Source: a bacterium
GTDB taxonomy: Bacteria; UBA8248
DNA length: 64,000 bases
Assembly: GCA_965204535.1 (NCBI GenBank)
Contig: OZ241996.1
Span: forward strand, 736,001-800,000
Direction of reading: 5' to 3'
Positions 40,707 through 50,893 of the stretch are shown in pieces. The translations under genes and the position numbers were made by a program. Below the pieces are notes generated by a model. That model was given only the letters and a program-made list of their open reading frames with translations. It was not told where the DNA came from and did not search any database. How positions within the stretch are numbered: position 1 is the stretch's first letter; each line of letters starts with the position of its first letter.

Positions 40707-41657
40707 TCAGGCGACGCCGTCGCGGCGGTAGTAGTCGGTGAACCAGAGGGGGTTTTCGCGGTATTCCACCTGACCGTCGGGGTGGATGCGCGCGGTGGCG
40801 CGCCGGAGCGCGAAGCACTGGTGGTGGATCGAGATGGGCATCCCGCCCGTGTGGGTGTAGGCCACCTCGATGTGGGTGTCCATCACCGCGCCCTCGCCCT
40901 TGAAGCCCATGGGGCCGAGGCTGGTTCTTTTGCCTAAGTCGTTCAAGTCTTCTTCCAGTTTCGCGATCTGGGGGTCCGGGTTCCTGTCCCCCACCACGCG
41001 GAGGCACGCCGCCTCCTTGGCGAGGCGCACGCAGGTGTCCTTCGTGCCGCCGATGCCGATGCCCACGATGGCGGGCTGGCACGAGAGGCCGCGCTTGAAG
41101 AACTCGCTGATCACGTCGAGAAAGAAGCGCTTGATGCCGTCGATGCCGTCGGTGGGGAAGAGCATCCGGTAATCCCCGCCGAAGAGGCCCCCCTTGTGGA
41201 AGCTCGTGAGCTCTATCCAGTCGACGTCCGGCTCCCAGGAATAATCCACCGTGGGGGCGTGGATACCGACGTTGTTGTTGTAGTCGTGCCGGGTGATGGG
41301 GTGCACGCGGTTGGGGCGCAGGGGCACGCGCTCGGTGGCGTCCGCCGTTCCCTGGCGGACCGATCGCTCCAGCGCCACGAAGCCGCCCTCTATGGCCGCG
41401 TCGTTCCCGATCTTCGCGTAGAAGCGCGGAAGCCCCGTGTCGGCGCACATGGGGCGCTGCTCGTCCACGGCGACCTTGTAGTTGTTGACGATTTCCAGCA
41501 AGACGAACTTCGAGAGCTTCTGTGTCTCGCGCTCGGCCATGTCGGCGATGGAATCGCCCACGTCCTTGGGGATTCCGATGGCGGCGCGGCGGTTGAGCTC
41601 GAAGGCCACTTCCCGGATGAGTTCGCTGCTGATGGCGTGCGTTTCGACGGTCGGCAT
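40707..41657 (-). CDS. Class I fumarate hydratase / tartrate dehydratase alpha subunit
   Basis: PMCADTG, PLRPN, CQP..VGIGIGG, QC motifs. Confidence 0.85.
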   Translation of the reverse strand: MPTVETHAISSELIREVAFELNRRAAIGIPKDVGDSIADMAERETQKLSKFVLLEIVNNYKVAVDEQRPMCADTGLPRFYAKIGNDAAIEGGFVALERSVRQGTADATERVPLRPNRVHPITRHDYNNNVGIHAPTVDYSWEPDVDWIELTSFHKGGLFGGDYRMLFPTDGIDGIKRFFLDVISEFFKRGLSCQPAIVGIGIGGTKDTCVRLAKEAACLRVVGDRNPDPQIAKLEEDLNDLGKRTSLGPMGFKGEGAVMDTHIEVAYTHTGGMPISIHHQCFALRRATARIHPDGQVEYRENPLWFTDYYRRDGVA

Positions 41658-41676
41658 ATCGTTATCCTCCCCGCTC

Positions 41677-42546
41677 TCACCCGCCGGGCGCGCGGCCCCG
41701 GAAGATGGATGCGGCGAATTGTCTGACGCCGCCGGTTACGGCGCGGCGCTTGAGTCCCTTGATGGCGCCCGTGGGGCTGATGCCCTTGGGGCAGCTCTCC
41801 GTGCAGTTGTATTGCGAGTGGCACCGCCAGGCGCCGTCCTCGGTACAAACCTCCAGAAGCCTCTCCAGTCCCAAGGCGTCGCGGCTGTCGTTCACGAGCG
41901 TGTAGGCGCGGTTGAGCGCCGCGGGCCCCAGGTAGTCACTATCATGCCCTACAATAGAGCAAGAAGCATAGCAGATTCCGCACGTGATGCACTCGATGTG
42001 CGGCTCGATGCGTTTTCGCTCGCGCGAACCCGGCGCGATGAGCGCAGGAGCCTTCTCCGCCGCGCTCGTGGGTTCGAGCCAGCCGCGCGCGCGTTTCATC
42101 TTTTCGAAGAAAGGCGACATGTCGACCGCCAGATCGCGGAGCACCGGGAAATTGGTGAGCGGCTCGAGCGTGATTTCATCGCCAAGTCCTTCGAGTCTTG
42201 TTCTGCAGGCCCATGCGGGGCGTCCGTTGACTTTCAAGGCGCAGGTGCCGCACATGCCCACCCGGCAGGAGTAGCGGAATGAAAGCGCGGGTTCCTGCGC
42301 GCTCTGGACGGCGACCAGGGCGTCGAGCACCGTCATGCGCGGGCCGGTCTCGATTTGGAATGTATCGAAGCGCTCATCGGGGTCGCCCGCAGCGCCGCCC
42401 CGGCGGATCTTCACGCGCATCATGGGGCGTTTTTCCGCCTTTTCTTTCTGTTCTTCTTTTTCCGGGACAGGCTCTTCCTGCGTTTCTTGTTCCTGCGCTC
42501 CTTCGGTGATTTGCGCGTCTTCGCTCACTCGAACTTCTTCGTTCAC
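41677..42546 (-). CDS. Succinate dehydrogenase/fumarate reductase Fe-S subunit
   Basis: SCRVGMCGTC, CITCGICYASC, CHSQYNCTESCP clusters. Confidence 0.9.
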   Translation of the reverse strand: MNEEVRVSEDAQITEGAQEQETQEEPVPEKEEQKEKAEKRPMMRVKIRRGGAAGDPDERFDTFQIETGPRMTVLDALVAVQSAQEPALSFRYSCRVGMCGTCALKVNGRPAWACRTRLEGLGDEITLEPLTNFPVLRDLAVDMSPFFEKMKRARGWLEPTSAAEKAPALIAPGSRERKRIEPHIECITCGICYASCSIVGHDSDYLGPAALNRAYTLVNDSRDALGLERLLEVCTEDGAWRCHSQYNCTESCPKGISPTGAIKGLKRRAVTGGVRQFAASIFRGRAPGG

Positions 42547-42893
42547 GCCATGAACCTCCAGTATTCGGTGTGCATGTAGGCCAGCCAGAAGAACGCGGCT
42601 ATTCCCAAGACGCACAGCACCCAGAAGAGTTTCCGCTGGTGGCGATCGGGAAAGCCGAAATCGGTCAGAATCACTTTTATCCCGTGCATGGCGTGCCAGA
42701 CGACGAGGAGCAGCATCGTGATCCGCACCGAATCGATGTAGGGGTTCATCACGTGGATCGGGAACAGGACGATGAGCGCGAGTGCGGATAGCCTTTGCAG
42801 CACCCAGGACCACATGCCCGGATACATCGAGCGCCATGCGCTGATCTTCCAGACGGGTGGTTTGTTGGTCACGGGGTCTTTCGCTATCGTCAT
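42543..42893 (-). CDS. SdhC-like membrane anchor
   Basis: GMWSWVLQRLS and WHAMHGIKVILTD motifs; three TM segments. Confidence 0.8.
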   Translation of the reverse strand: MTIAKDPVTNKPPVWKISAWRSMYPGMWSWVLQRLSALALIVLFPIHVMNPYIDSVRITMLLLVVWHAMHGIKVILTDFGFPDRHQRKLFWVLCVLGIAAFFWLAYMHTEYWRFMA

Positions 42894-42918
42894 CGTTAAT
42901 CTTCGCTCCGCTCAAATG

Positions 42919-44670
42919 TCAGTCGATGAAATTGGGGTCGGGCTCCAACTGCGCGGCCGGCTCCGCCTGCGGGTGCAGGCGGGGAAACGCGACGGGTTTC
43001 CGTTCGATGACCGCCGCATCGCCCTCTCGCTTGATGTAGACGTTGTAGAGGTCCTCATCCTGAGTCTCGGGGCAATCGTCGCGGTAGTGGCTGCCCCGGC
43101 TCTCGTCGCGCTCAAGCGCTGAAAAGGCGATGAGTTCCGCGACCAGTACCTGGTTTCTCACGTCGAGCGCGTGCTGCCAGGCGAGGTTGTAGGCGGGTCC
43201 GCCTCCCGCACGGGCTTCGGCCGCGCGTCTCTTCAGATCGTGAAGGATACGAACCCCGCTCTGGATGTCTGCGCCGTTTCGTCTCAGGCCCACCTTGTTC
43301 CACATGGTTTCTTTCAGTTCCGCCCGGATGGGGTAGGGGGATTCACCTTCGCCCAGCGCATCCAGCGTTTTCTCCTCAGCAACAGCGAGCGCCTCCGCGT
43401 CATAGGGGAGGAGAGGGGATTCCGCCGCCTCTTCGGCCATGGCTTCGCCCGCAATCTCGCCGAACACCGTGGCGTTCGCCACCCCGTTTCCGCCCAGGCG
43501 GTTCGCGCCGTGCGTGCCGCCCGCGTCTTCGCCGGCGGCGTAAAGCCCCGGTAAATTCGTCCGGCAGGCGGTGTCTATCTTCACGCCGCCCATCATGTAA
43601 TGCGCGGTGGGGGTGACCTCCACGGGGCCGCCGACTAAGTCGTAGCCCAGATCGGCGCAGCGCTCGACCATGCCCTTGAAGTTCTTGCGCACGAAGGATT
43701 TTCCCAGATGGCTCACGTCGATGAACACGCCGCCGCGCTCCGTACCTCGTCCTTCGATGATCTCGGTGTAGCCCGCGCGCGATACCACGTCGCGCGTGGC
43801 GCGCTCCATGCGCTCGGGGTCGTAGCGCTCCATGTAACGCTCGCCCGCCGCGTTCTTGAGGTGCCCGCCCGCGCCGCGCAGGCCTTCTTCGAGCAGCGTG
43901 CCGGTTATCTGGAGGCCGTCTCCCGTCAGGATGCCCGTGGGGTGGAACTGCACCATCTCCATGTCGCAGAACGATGCGCCCGCCTCCCAGGCGACCGCCA
44001 TGCCGTCGGTGGCGAGTTCCTGCGCACAGGCGGAGATTTTATAGAGCGTGGGGCCGCCGCCCGTGGCGAGGAGCGTGCACTTCGCGTTCACGGCGATGAA
44101 TTCGCCGTTCTGGATGTCGAGCAGTAGCGCGCCCGCCACCCGCTCCGGCTCCCTTCTTGCGGGCAGGAGGGCCACGGCCCTGGTTTCTTCGAGCACGTCC
44201 ACCCCGCGCCTGACGAGTTGCTCGGCCACGCGGTTGGTGATCTCGATGCCCGTGAGGTCGCCCTTGTGCACCGTTCTGTCAAAACTCTGGCCCGCGAAGG
44301 CTTTCTGGTGGATCGTGCCGTCCTCGTTTCTGTCGAAAAAGCACCCGCACACGGTTTCGAGCCGCTCCACGCAGCCGGGCGCGCGGCTCACGAGCGTCCA
44401 GGCGAGTTCCTGATCGTTAATCCACGCCCCGCCTTTCAGGGTGTCGAGAAAGTGCTTCTCCACCGAATCGGTCTCGGCGAGCGCGACGTTGTAGCCGCCC
44501 TGCACCATGCGCGTGCAGCCGCTTTTCCCAAACAGACCCTTGACCGCCACGGTGATGTCCAGGGCGGGGTTTTCGGTGTGCGCGGCGAGTGCGGCAAGCA
44601 GGCCCGCGCCGCCCGAACCCAAGATGAGGATGTCCGTTTTCATCGTGCGCAAGAGAGCGTTTCCCCACAT
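42919..44670 (-). CDS. SdhA/FrdA/TfrA-like flavoprotein
   Basis: GSGGAG, QFHPT, RDVVSR, AHYMMGG, HGANRLGGN, ESRGSH. Confidence 0.9.
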   Translation of the reverse strand: MWGNALLRTMKTDILILGSGGAGLLAALAAHTENPALDITVAVKGLFGKSGCTRMVQGGYNVALAETDSVEKHFLDTLKGGAWINDQELAWTLVSRAPGCVERLETVCGCFFDRNEDGTIHQKAFAGQSFDRTVHKGDLTGIEITNRVAEQLVRRGVDVLEETRAVALLPARREPERVAGALLLDIQNGEFIAVNAKCTLLATGGGPTLYKISACAQELATDGMAVAWEAGASFCDMEMVQFHPTGILTGDGLQITGTLLEEGLRGAGGHLKNAAGERYMERYDPERMERATRDVVSRAGYTEIIEGRGTERGGVFIDVSHLGKSFVRKNFKGMVERCADLGYDLVGGPVEVTPTAHYMMGGVKIDTACRTNLPGLYAAGEDAGGTHGANRLGGNGVANATVFGEIAGEAMAEEAAESPLLPYDAEALAVAEEKTLDALGEGESPYPIRAELKETMWNKVGLRRNGADIQSGVRILHDLKRRAAEARAGGGPAYNLAWQHALDVRNQVLVAELIAFSALERDESRGSHYRDDCPETQDEDLYNVYIKREGDAAVIERKPVAFPRLHPQAEPAAQLEPDPNFID

Positions 44671-44790
44671 GAATCAAGAGGTTTCTTCACCACGGGCAAG
44701 AATGCCACACCGGATGGGAGCGAACAAGTAATCTTAAAAACAGGGTGCGTGGGTGGGCGTATGGGGATAATTATTCCGGGCGGCGGCTTC

Positions 44791-45091
44791 GGGGTTGTTG
44801 AAGAAGCCCGAGGAGAGAGGAATCACTCCCCCCTTGAGGGGGAGTCGAAGAGCTAAGGGCGTAAGCCCGCAAGCGATTCGGTGGGGGGTATAATCCGGAA
44901 TGGCGATAAAACGCATTTTACCCCCCACCGAGTCAGCCTTCGCACAAACCGCTCGGCTTCCTCGACTCCCCCTCAAGGGGGGAGTGAATTTCACCTCTCT
45001 TTGGGTAGGAATGACCCTCAAGGAGGGGTGTTTCTCATGATTCTTGTCGGTCGCGTCGAACCCTGATTCATCGGGATTTTTCAACAACCCC
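44791..45091. mobile_element. MITE-like element with IS1182-like ends enclosing a REP-like palindrome
   Basis: Ends GGGGTTGTTGAAGAAGCCC / GGGATTTTTCAACAACCCC; inner inverted arms at 44823-44848 and 44962-44987. Confidence 0.7.
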
Positions 45092-45137
45092 AATCGCCCG
45101 CCTCATATTTTGAGAGAGCAATCAGAGTCCGGCCGTA

Positions 45138-45821
45138 TTACAACTTCTCCAGAATGATGACGCGGCGCTCATCCGTCCAGCGGCACGCGAAGCCGAAATG
45201 CTCCTGAATCCACGCGAAACTCTCGGGCCGATAGAAGCAAAGGTGGGTGAAGTCGCGCCTGTAGTGCCAGTTATTGGCGAATAAGGCCTCGTCCCAGAAT
45301 GCCGTCATGACGCCCAGGAGTCCGCCCGATTTCAAGTTTTCATAAATCCGCCCGATTTCTTCTCTCGGATGCCTCAGATGCTCGAAGGTCTCGCTCGCGG
45401 CGATGAAATCGAACGGGCCGTCCGGCATCTCCGGGAAGAAATACGGATCGTAGGGCAGGCACTCGAAGCCTTCCGCCCGGAGCAGCTCACACAAGACGAG
45501 GCGTCCGTCGGCCGAAGGTCCCGCGCCGAAATCAAGCCCCCGCGCGCCCCGGGGGAGCATCCTCGTCAAGGGCTCGCTCAACTGCTTTAGAAAGGAGACG
45601 TAGCCCGCATCGGAAGCGGAATTGCGGTGCTGTTCGTATCTCTCTTTCTCGACCTGGGGCGCGGGCCAGAACCCGGGCGGTACGAAAACGAGGCGGCAGA
45701 CGGGACACTGAAAATAATCCCTCCCATCGGCGTGAAGATAGAGCACAGCCTCGCCCGACCCGCATAGGGGGCAGATTTCATACTTCTCATCCGGCGAGTG
45801 TTCTGGTCGGGTACCGGCCAT
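45138..45821 (-). CDS. Class I SAM methyltransferase with N-terminal zinc ribbon
   Basis: CPLC..CPVC, LDFGAGP, ETFEHL. Confidence 0.85.
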   Translation of the reverse strand: MAGTRPEHSPDEKYEICPLCGSGEAVLYLHADGRDYFQCPVCRLVFVPPGFWPAPQVEKERYEQHRNSASDAGYVSFLKQLSEPLTRMLPRGARGLDFGAGPSADGRLVLCELLRAEGFECLPYDPYFFPEMPDGPFDFIAASETFEHLRHPREEIGRIYENLKSGGLLGVMTAFWDEALFANNWHYRRDFTHLCFYRPESFAWIQEHFGFACRWTDERRVIILEKL

Positions 45822-46036
45822 TCAGATAGCCCATCCTGGGGTGGGGGCGTTTTGCAGGGATCAAACACATCGGGAAAAGTGTAATCTTTATGTATGCCCT
45901 CAACAACGGGGTTGATGAAAAAGCCCCCTCCCCAGGGGATAAAGGCAACCCCCCTACCCCCCTTGTCAGGGGGGCAAGAAAAAACAAAAGCACCTCTACC
46001 GGCGGCGGGCGCCGCCTTTTCATACCCCCCTGACAA

Positions 46037-47549
46037 GGGGCTGTTGAAAAACCCTGTTTTGAAGCAGGGGGTATGGCGGCTCACGCGGCTTGGGATAGGA
46101 AGCCCAATCGGCGCGTGAGGCCGCGATATGCGCGCAGACGGCGTCTCCGGGCGGCCCAGGCCCTCCACAGAGCGAATATATCCGCCGCAAAAGCGGCGGC
46201 CAGCCGCTTGAGGTTCACCGCAGTCGCCGTCAGGTAGGCCTGGATCCTCATGTTCGCAAGGCCCCGGCGCACCGCCCGCCCCAGTCCGTGCCGACTCTTC
46301 GCTTCGCCGTGGTAGCCCTCCGAACGCGACATGTGGCGGCGCCACAGCCGGCCCTCCTCCTCCCCCCGGCGCGCGTGCCGCCGGCGCGCGCGCAACAGCG
46401 CCGGATATTCATGCGGAATCAGCACCGTCCTGCTCGTGTGCGACTTGGGCAGACAATCCGACCTCAGCGCGCAGCCCGCGCAATCGCGCGTCCTCGAACC
46501 ATAGTAGCGCCCCCGCTCCGTCTCCTTCCGGGGACGCAGCGTCTTGCCGCCCGGACACTTCACCACCTTGTGCCGCTCGTCGTAGCGGAACAACTGCAGC
46601 GGAACACGGCTCTGGGAAGGCTCCTTCTTCGCCGGTATCAGCGCATCAACACCCCGCCGCTCCAATCCCGCATACACCTTCGAGTACGCATAACCACTAT
46701 CCGCCGTCACCACCGCGGGCGCGCGACCCGTGAGCTCGCAAACCGCATCCAACTGCGGCTCCATCATCTCCCGCTCGTTCAACGTCCCCGCCGTCACCTC
46801 TACGTCGAGGACAACGCCCCGCTCGTCGTCCACCACCGCGTGGTGCTTGTAGCTCGGCTCGAACCCCGCCCGAGCGCTCTTGCGCGCCAGGCGCGCGTCG
46901 GGGTCCGTACGGCTCACCGGACCCGAACCCCCGCCGCCCTTCTTCCCCGCCTCATCCGCCGAGTCGTTCTCCCGCACCACCTTCTCCGCGTGGCGCGCCG
47001 CCAGACTCTCCCAACTCACGTCCGCGCGTATCAAAGACGCGTCCATGTGAACCACTTCCCCCTTCGCCACCTGCGCCTCCAGGCACGCCTGAACCGTGCG
47101 GCGCAATATTTCCTTGAACCGCGCCTCCCCCCACCGCTGGCGAATCCGCGTCAGGCTCGAATGATCCGGCAACTCCTCGTGCAGCTCGTAACCGATGAAC
47201 CACCGGATCGCCAGGTTCACCTGCGCCTCGCGAAGCAGATGCCGGTCGTGCACGTGGCCCAGCAGAAGACCCGCCAGCATCAACCGCACCACCACTTCCG
47301 GGTCGATCCCCGGTCGACCGTTGTCCGCGCAATAGCACTCCGCCACCTCCTCGCGAAGCCAACTCAAATCCAGTACGCGGTTCACCCGGAACAATATGTA
47401 ATCTTCGGGAATCAACTGCTCCAGCGAACCGGCCACGAACAATTCCATCTGCCCGCGCCTCTTGCGGTCCAACATCGGGGAATCTCCCATCTCGGGCGAG
47501 GGGGGATAACTCCATACGATCACAAAACCAGGGGTTTTTCAACAGGCCC
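46037..47549 (-). mobile_element. IS1182-family element
   Basis: IRs GGGGCTGTTGAAAAACCC / GGGTTTTTCAACAGGCCC. Confidence 0.85.
46081..47475 (-). CDS. IS1182-family transposase
   Basis: GRPGIDPEV, PDHSSL, MDAS, TADSGY, EGYHGEAK motifs. Confidence 0.92.
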   Translation of the reverse strand: MLDRKRRGQMELFVAGSLEQLIPEDYILFRVNRVLDLSWLREEVAECYCADNGRPGIDPEVVVRLMLAGLLLGHVHDRHLLREAQVNLAIRWFIGYELHEELPDHSSLTRIRQRWGEARFKEILRRTVQACLEAQVAKGEVVHMDASLIRADVSWESLAARHAEKVVRENDSADEAGKKGGGGSGPVSRTDPDARLARKSARAGFEPSYKHHAVVDDERGVVLDVEVTAGTLNEREMMEPQLDAVCELTGRAPAVVTADSGYAYSKVYAGLERRGVDALIPAKKEPSQSRVPLQLFRYDERHKVVKCPGGKTLRPRKETERGRYYGSRTRDCAGCALRSDCLPKSHTSRTVLIPHEYPALLRARRRHARRGEEEGRLWRRHMSRSEGYHGEAKSRHGLGRAVRRGLANMRIQAYLTATAVNLKRLAAAFAADIFALWRAWAARRRRLRAYRGLTRRLGFLSQAA

Positions 47550-47791
47550 GTCAAGGGGGGGTAGGGGGGGTTGGTTTTCAAGGCGAGAGCCTGCGCCGCC
47601 GCTACTCAGGATGAGGCGGAGAGGGGTTTTTCGACAAACCCACTACGAAATACGTTCCACCATGCTCTCGTCTCGGGTCCAAACATCGCCCCTCATATTG
47701 ACACCCCATGCGCCATCCCCTAGCTTGGGGCGCTTTTACGGGAACGGCGCGAACTATCTCACCATGATTCATCATCGAAAAGGATTTTGCC

Positions 47792-48556
47792 TTGATACTC
47801 GATAAATTTCGTCTGGACGGAAAGGCGGCCCTGGTGACGGGCGCGGGTACGGGCCTGGGCGAGGCGATGGCGCTGGGTCTGGCCGAAGCCGGCGCGGACG
47901 TGGCTGTTTTGGGCAGGAGAGAGAACCTGGTGGTCGAAACGGCTCGCCGGGTCGAGGCCCTGGGGCGCCGCGCGCTGGTGGTCGCGGCGGACGTGACGAA
48001 GGCGGACGAGGTGGCCCGCGCCGTGGAGCGGACCGAAGAGGCCCTGGGCGGTATCGGCATCCTGATAAACGGAGCGGGCGTGATAAACGCCGACCCGAGC
48101 GTGGACGTGAGCCCGGAGGATTTTCGCTTTGTGGTCGACGTGAACCTGACGGGCGCTTTTCTGTGCGCGCAGGCCGCAGGACGCGGGATGCTCGAGCGAG
48201 GTTCCGGCAGCATCGTGAGCATCGGCACGTTCCTGGGCGAACGGGGCCACCGGCCCGCGCGCGCGGCCTATAACGCGAGCAAATACGGCGTGGTGGGCCT
48301 GACGAAATCGCTCGCGATGGAGTGGGGCGGGCGCGGCGTTCGCGTGAACTGCATCTGCCCGGGGGTGCACAGAACGCCCATGCTCGCACCCGCGCTCACA
48401 GACCCTGAAGTGGAAGCGGGTTTAAACGAGAGGACGATACTCGGCCGTGTGGGCGAGCCCGAAGATATCGTGGGTCTCGCGGTTTTTCTGGCGTCCGACG
48501 CATCGGCCTACATCACGGGCGAGAGCATATTCGAAGACGGGGGAGGGTGGCTGTAA
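47792..48556 (+). CDS. SDR-family oxidoreductase
   Basis: TGAGTGLG and YNASK motifs. Confidence 0.92.
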   Translation: MILDKFRLDGKAALVTGAGTGLGEAMALGLAEAGADVAVLGRRENLVVETARRVEALGRRALVVAADVTKADEVARAVERTEEALGGIGILINGAGVINADPSVDVSPEDFRFVVDVNLTGAFLCAQAAGRGMLERGSGSIVSIGTFLGERGHRPARAAYNASKYGVVGLTKSLAMEWGGRGVRVNCICPGVHRTPMLAPALTDPEVEAGLNERTILGRVGEPEDIVGLAVFLASDASAYITGESIFEDGGGWL

Positions 48557-48644
48557 GGCCCGGTAAAAAAGATGGCGGATGGCGTGCGGCGGCAAGGCGG
48601 AGGCTTCCATCGGGGCGTCGCCGCAATGGATACGGAGAGAGAGA

Positions 48645-49361
48645 ATGCCGGAATTACAAGCGATCATTTTTGATTTCGACGGCACCATCGCGGACAGCGA
48701 GCCGCTGCATCTGGCGGCGTTCCAGGCGGTGCTCTCGGAAGAGCTGGACCTGGACCTGACCGAAGAGGAATACGCCGAGCGCTACCTCGCCTTCGACGAC
48801 AGGCTCCTGTTCACGCACGTGCTGAACGATCGCGGCGTGGGCGTAGAGCCCGACCGCTTCGAGCAGCTCCTGGAGTTGAAAGAGGCGCGCTACCAGGAAA
48901 TCGCGCTGGCGCCCCAGATTCTCCCCGGTGCCGCCGAGATGATCCGCGCCGCCGCCGCGCACTGGCCCCTCGCCATTGCGAGCGGCGCCCTGGGCCACGA
49001 GGTGCGTCCCGTGCTGGAGCGGGTGGGCTTGATCGATTGTTTCCCGATCATCGTGACGGCGGAGATGGTGAGCCGGGGAAAGCCGGACCCGGAGAGTTTC
49101 CTGACGGCGCTTGCGCGGATAAATGAGGGCCGCGCCGAACTTATTCCGCCGGGGTCGTGCCTCGTGGTGGAGGATTCCGTCGCGGGCGTGCGCTCGGGAG
49201 GTGCCGCCGGGATGCGGACGCTCGCGGTGACGACGAGCTACCCCGCCGATAAGCTGACCGAGGCCGACCGCGTCGTGGATTCACTGGAGGAGACCGTCGA
49301 CCCCGGCGGTCTGGCCGCCTGGTTCGCCGCCCTGCCGTCTGCCTCGTCTCGGAGTGGATAG
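48645..49361 (+). CDS. HAD-family phosphatase
   Basis: FDFDGT, GKPDP, VEDS motifs. Confidence 0.92.
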   Translation: MPELQAIIFDFDGTIADSEPLHLAAFQAVLSEELDLDLTEEEYAERYLAFDDRLLFTHVLNDRGVGVEPDRFEQLLELKEARYQEIALAPQILPGAAEMIRAAAAHWPLAIASGALGHEVRPVLERVGLIDCFPIIVTAEMVSRGKPDPESFLTALARINEGRAELIPPGSCLVVEDSVAGVRSGGAAGMRTLAVTTSYPADKLTEADRVVDSLEETVDPGGLAAWFAALPSASSRSG

Positions 49362-49370
49362 GAGAGGGAT

Positions 49371-49898
49371 ATGCCCATATTAAAGGTCGCGCGCATGGGC
49401 CACCCCGTCCTGCGCCGGAAGGCGAGCGAGGTCGAGCCCGAGTATCTTGGGGGGCCCGAACTTGCGGAAATCATCGAGGACATGTTCGAGACGATGGTGG
49501 AATACGCGGGCGTGGGTCTGGCGGCACCCCAGGTGCACTTGGGGATCAGGCTGTTCGTCATGCAATTTGACCCCGACGATGAGGAAACGCTGCGTTTTGC
49601 CGTGAACCCGAAGCTCACGGCCTTAGGCGACGAGGGCTGGGAGGAATGGGAGGGTTGTCTCAGCATCCCCGACATACATGGCCGCGTGCCGCGCAACGAC
49701 CGGGTGCGTCTGGAAGCGCAGGACCTGGAGGGACGCGTCTATGCCGAGGAGTTGGAGGGTTTCGCCGCGCGCGTCTGCCAGCATGAATACGATCATCTCG
49801 ACGGATTGATGTTTATCGACAGGATGCGCGATTTCACGACGCTTTGTTTCGGGGAGGAATACCGCAGGTATCACGCTCCGCGGCCCAAGGAGGATTGA
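49371..49898 (+). CDS. def: Peptide deformylase
   Basis: GVGLAAPQ, EGCLS, HEYDHL. Confidence 0.97.
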   Translation: MPILKVARMGHPVLRRKASEVEPEYLGGPELAEIIEDMFETMVEYAGVGLAAPQVHLGIRLFVMQFDPDDEETLRFAVNPKLTALGDEGWEEWEGCLSIPDIHGRVPRNDRVRLEAQDLEGRVYAEELEGFAARVCQHEYDHLDGLMFIDRMRDFTTLCFGEEYRRYHAPRPKED

Positions 49899-49962
49899 GG
49901 GGCAGGAGGGGCGGTCTACTCGATCTCTCCCATATGGTCTGGTCGATACGGCGAGTCATAGA

Positions 49963-50568
49963 ATGCAGGGGAAACGGAGGAATCAAAACATGACAATCAT
50001 CCTGGCTACAGGCACCCGCCGCCGTTCAGGATTTGGCGGCCGTCTCGGTTATTTGGCGCTTCTCCTGCTGTTGGGTCTCCCGGCAGCGGCGTTTGCTGCG
50101 CCGCCCTACCTCAAGACTCCGGCGCCGGTCATCTACCTGGCGGACAATCTGGACGAGCAGGATGGGCTTGGGTGGTGTATCGATACCCGCGGACGAGGAT
50201 TCAGCGATAGGCTGCATACGCACTCGTGCAAGCCGAGGGGCGGCGACGTGCAGTTCCGCTACGATGAGGTGGCGCGGCGGATAGCTTCGGCCACGTTTTC
50301 CGGGAAGTGCGCGGCGCTCCTGGCGCCGGCAGCCGCCGGGGTAACGCTTGGGCTGTTGGATTGCGCGAAGAATGCCACAGGCCAGGTCTTCGATTACGAC
50401 GACGCGGCGATGGAGTTCCGCCCCGGTGCCGACCGGTCGCTTTGCCTCGTCGCGGGCGCCGCAAGCAGGTCGGCCGGGCCGTACATGTCGCGCGACCTCG
50501 CGCTCGCGCCGTGCGCATCCACCGGGGCGAAGTTCAAGCAGTGGCGCATCAAGAAAGCCCGGCCCTGA
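49963..50568 (+). CDS. Exported ricin-type beta-trefoil-like protein
   Basis: Signal peptide; repeated C...C...QF/QVF/QW units. Confidence 0.65.
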   Translation: MQGKRRNQNMTIILATGTRRRSGFGGRLGYLALLLLLGLPAAAFAAPPYLKTPAPVIYLADNLDEQDGLGWCIDTRGRGFSDRLHTHSCKPRGGDVQFRYDEVARRIASATFSGKCAALLAPAAAGVTLGLLDCAKNATGQVFDYDDAAMEFRPGADRSLCLVAGAASRSAGPYMSRDLALAPCASTGAKFKQWRIKKARP

Positions 50569-50609
50569 GTGGTTGAGGCGAAAGTCAAAGAGGCCATCCG
50601 TCTGCTTTC

Positions 50610-50639
50610 TTGACAATTCATGATGTTTCATGATAGATT
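50610..50639 (+). promoter_or_regulatory. Sigma70-type promoter with two TCATGA boxes for the TA operon
   Basis: TTGACA at 50610; TTCATGAT at 50617 and 50627; TAGATT at 50634. Confidence 0.6.
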
Positions 50640-50662
50640 TCGCCTAAGAATGGAGGTGCCCT

Positions 50663-50893
50663 ATGGCGACCCTAGAGCGAGAGAAGTTCGCAACCCAGGT
50701 GAATTCGGAAATTCTGGCCGCCGTCCGCAGCCTTGCGCGGAGCGAGGGGCGGCAGCTTCAGACCCTGGTGGATGAGGCTCTGGCCGACCTGATCGAGAAG
50801 CGCAAGGGAAGCAGGCCGCGCCCCCACGTCATGGCGGTCTATCAGGCGAGTCACGAGAGATACGCGCCGCTTTACAAAAAACTCGCTGAATGA
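50663..50893 (+). CDS. Antitoxin (RHH-like) of the Doc module
   Basis: 76 aa, ATGA overlap with the toxin. Confidence 0.8.
   Translation: MATLEREKFATQVNSEILAAVRSLARSEGRQLQTLVDEALADLIEKRKGSRPRPHVMAVYQASHERYAPLYKKLAE

Larger units (their letters stand above)
45908..47641. repeat. MITE/REP-like palindrome interrupted by an IS1182 element
   Basis: Outer ends GGGGTTGATGAAAAAGCCC / GGGGTTTTTCGACAAACCC; the second palindrome arm (CCCCCCTGACAA...GGGGGTAGGGGGGGTT) is split by the IS. Confidence 0.65.
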
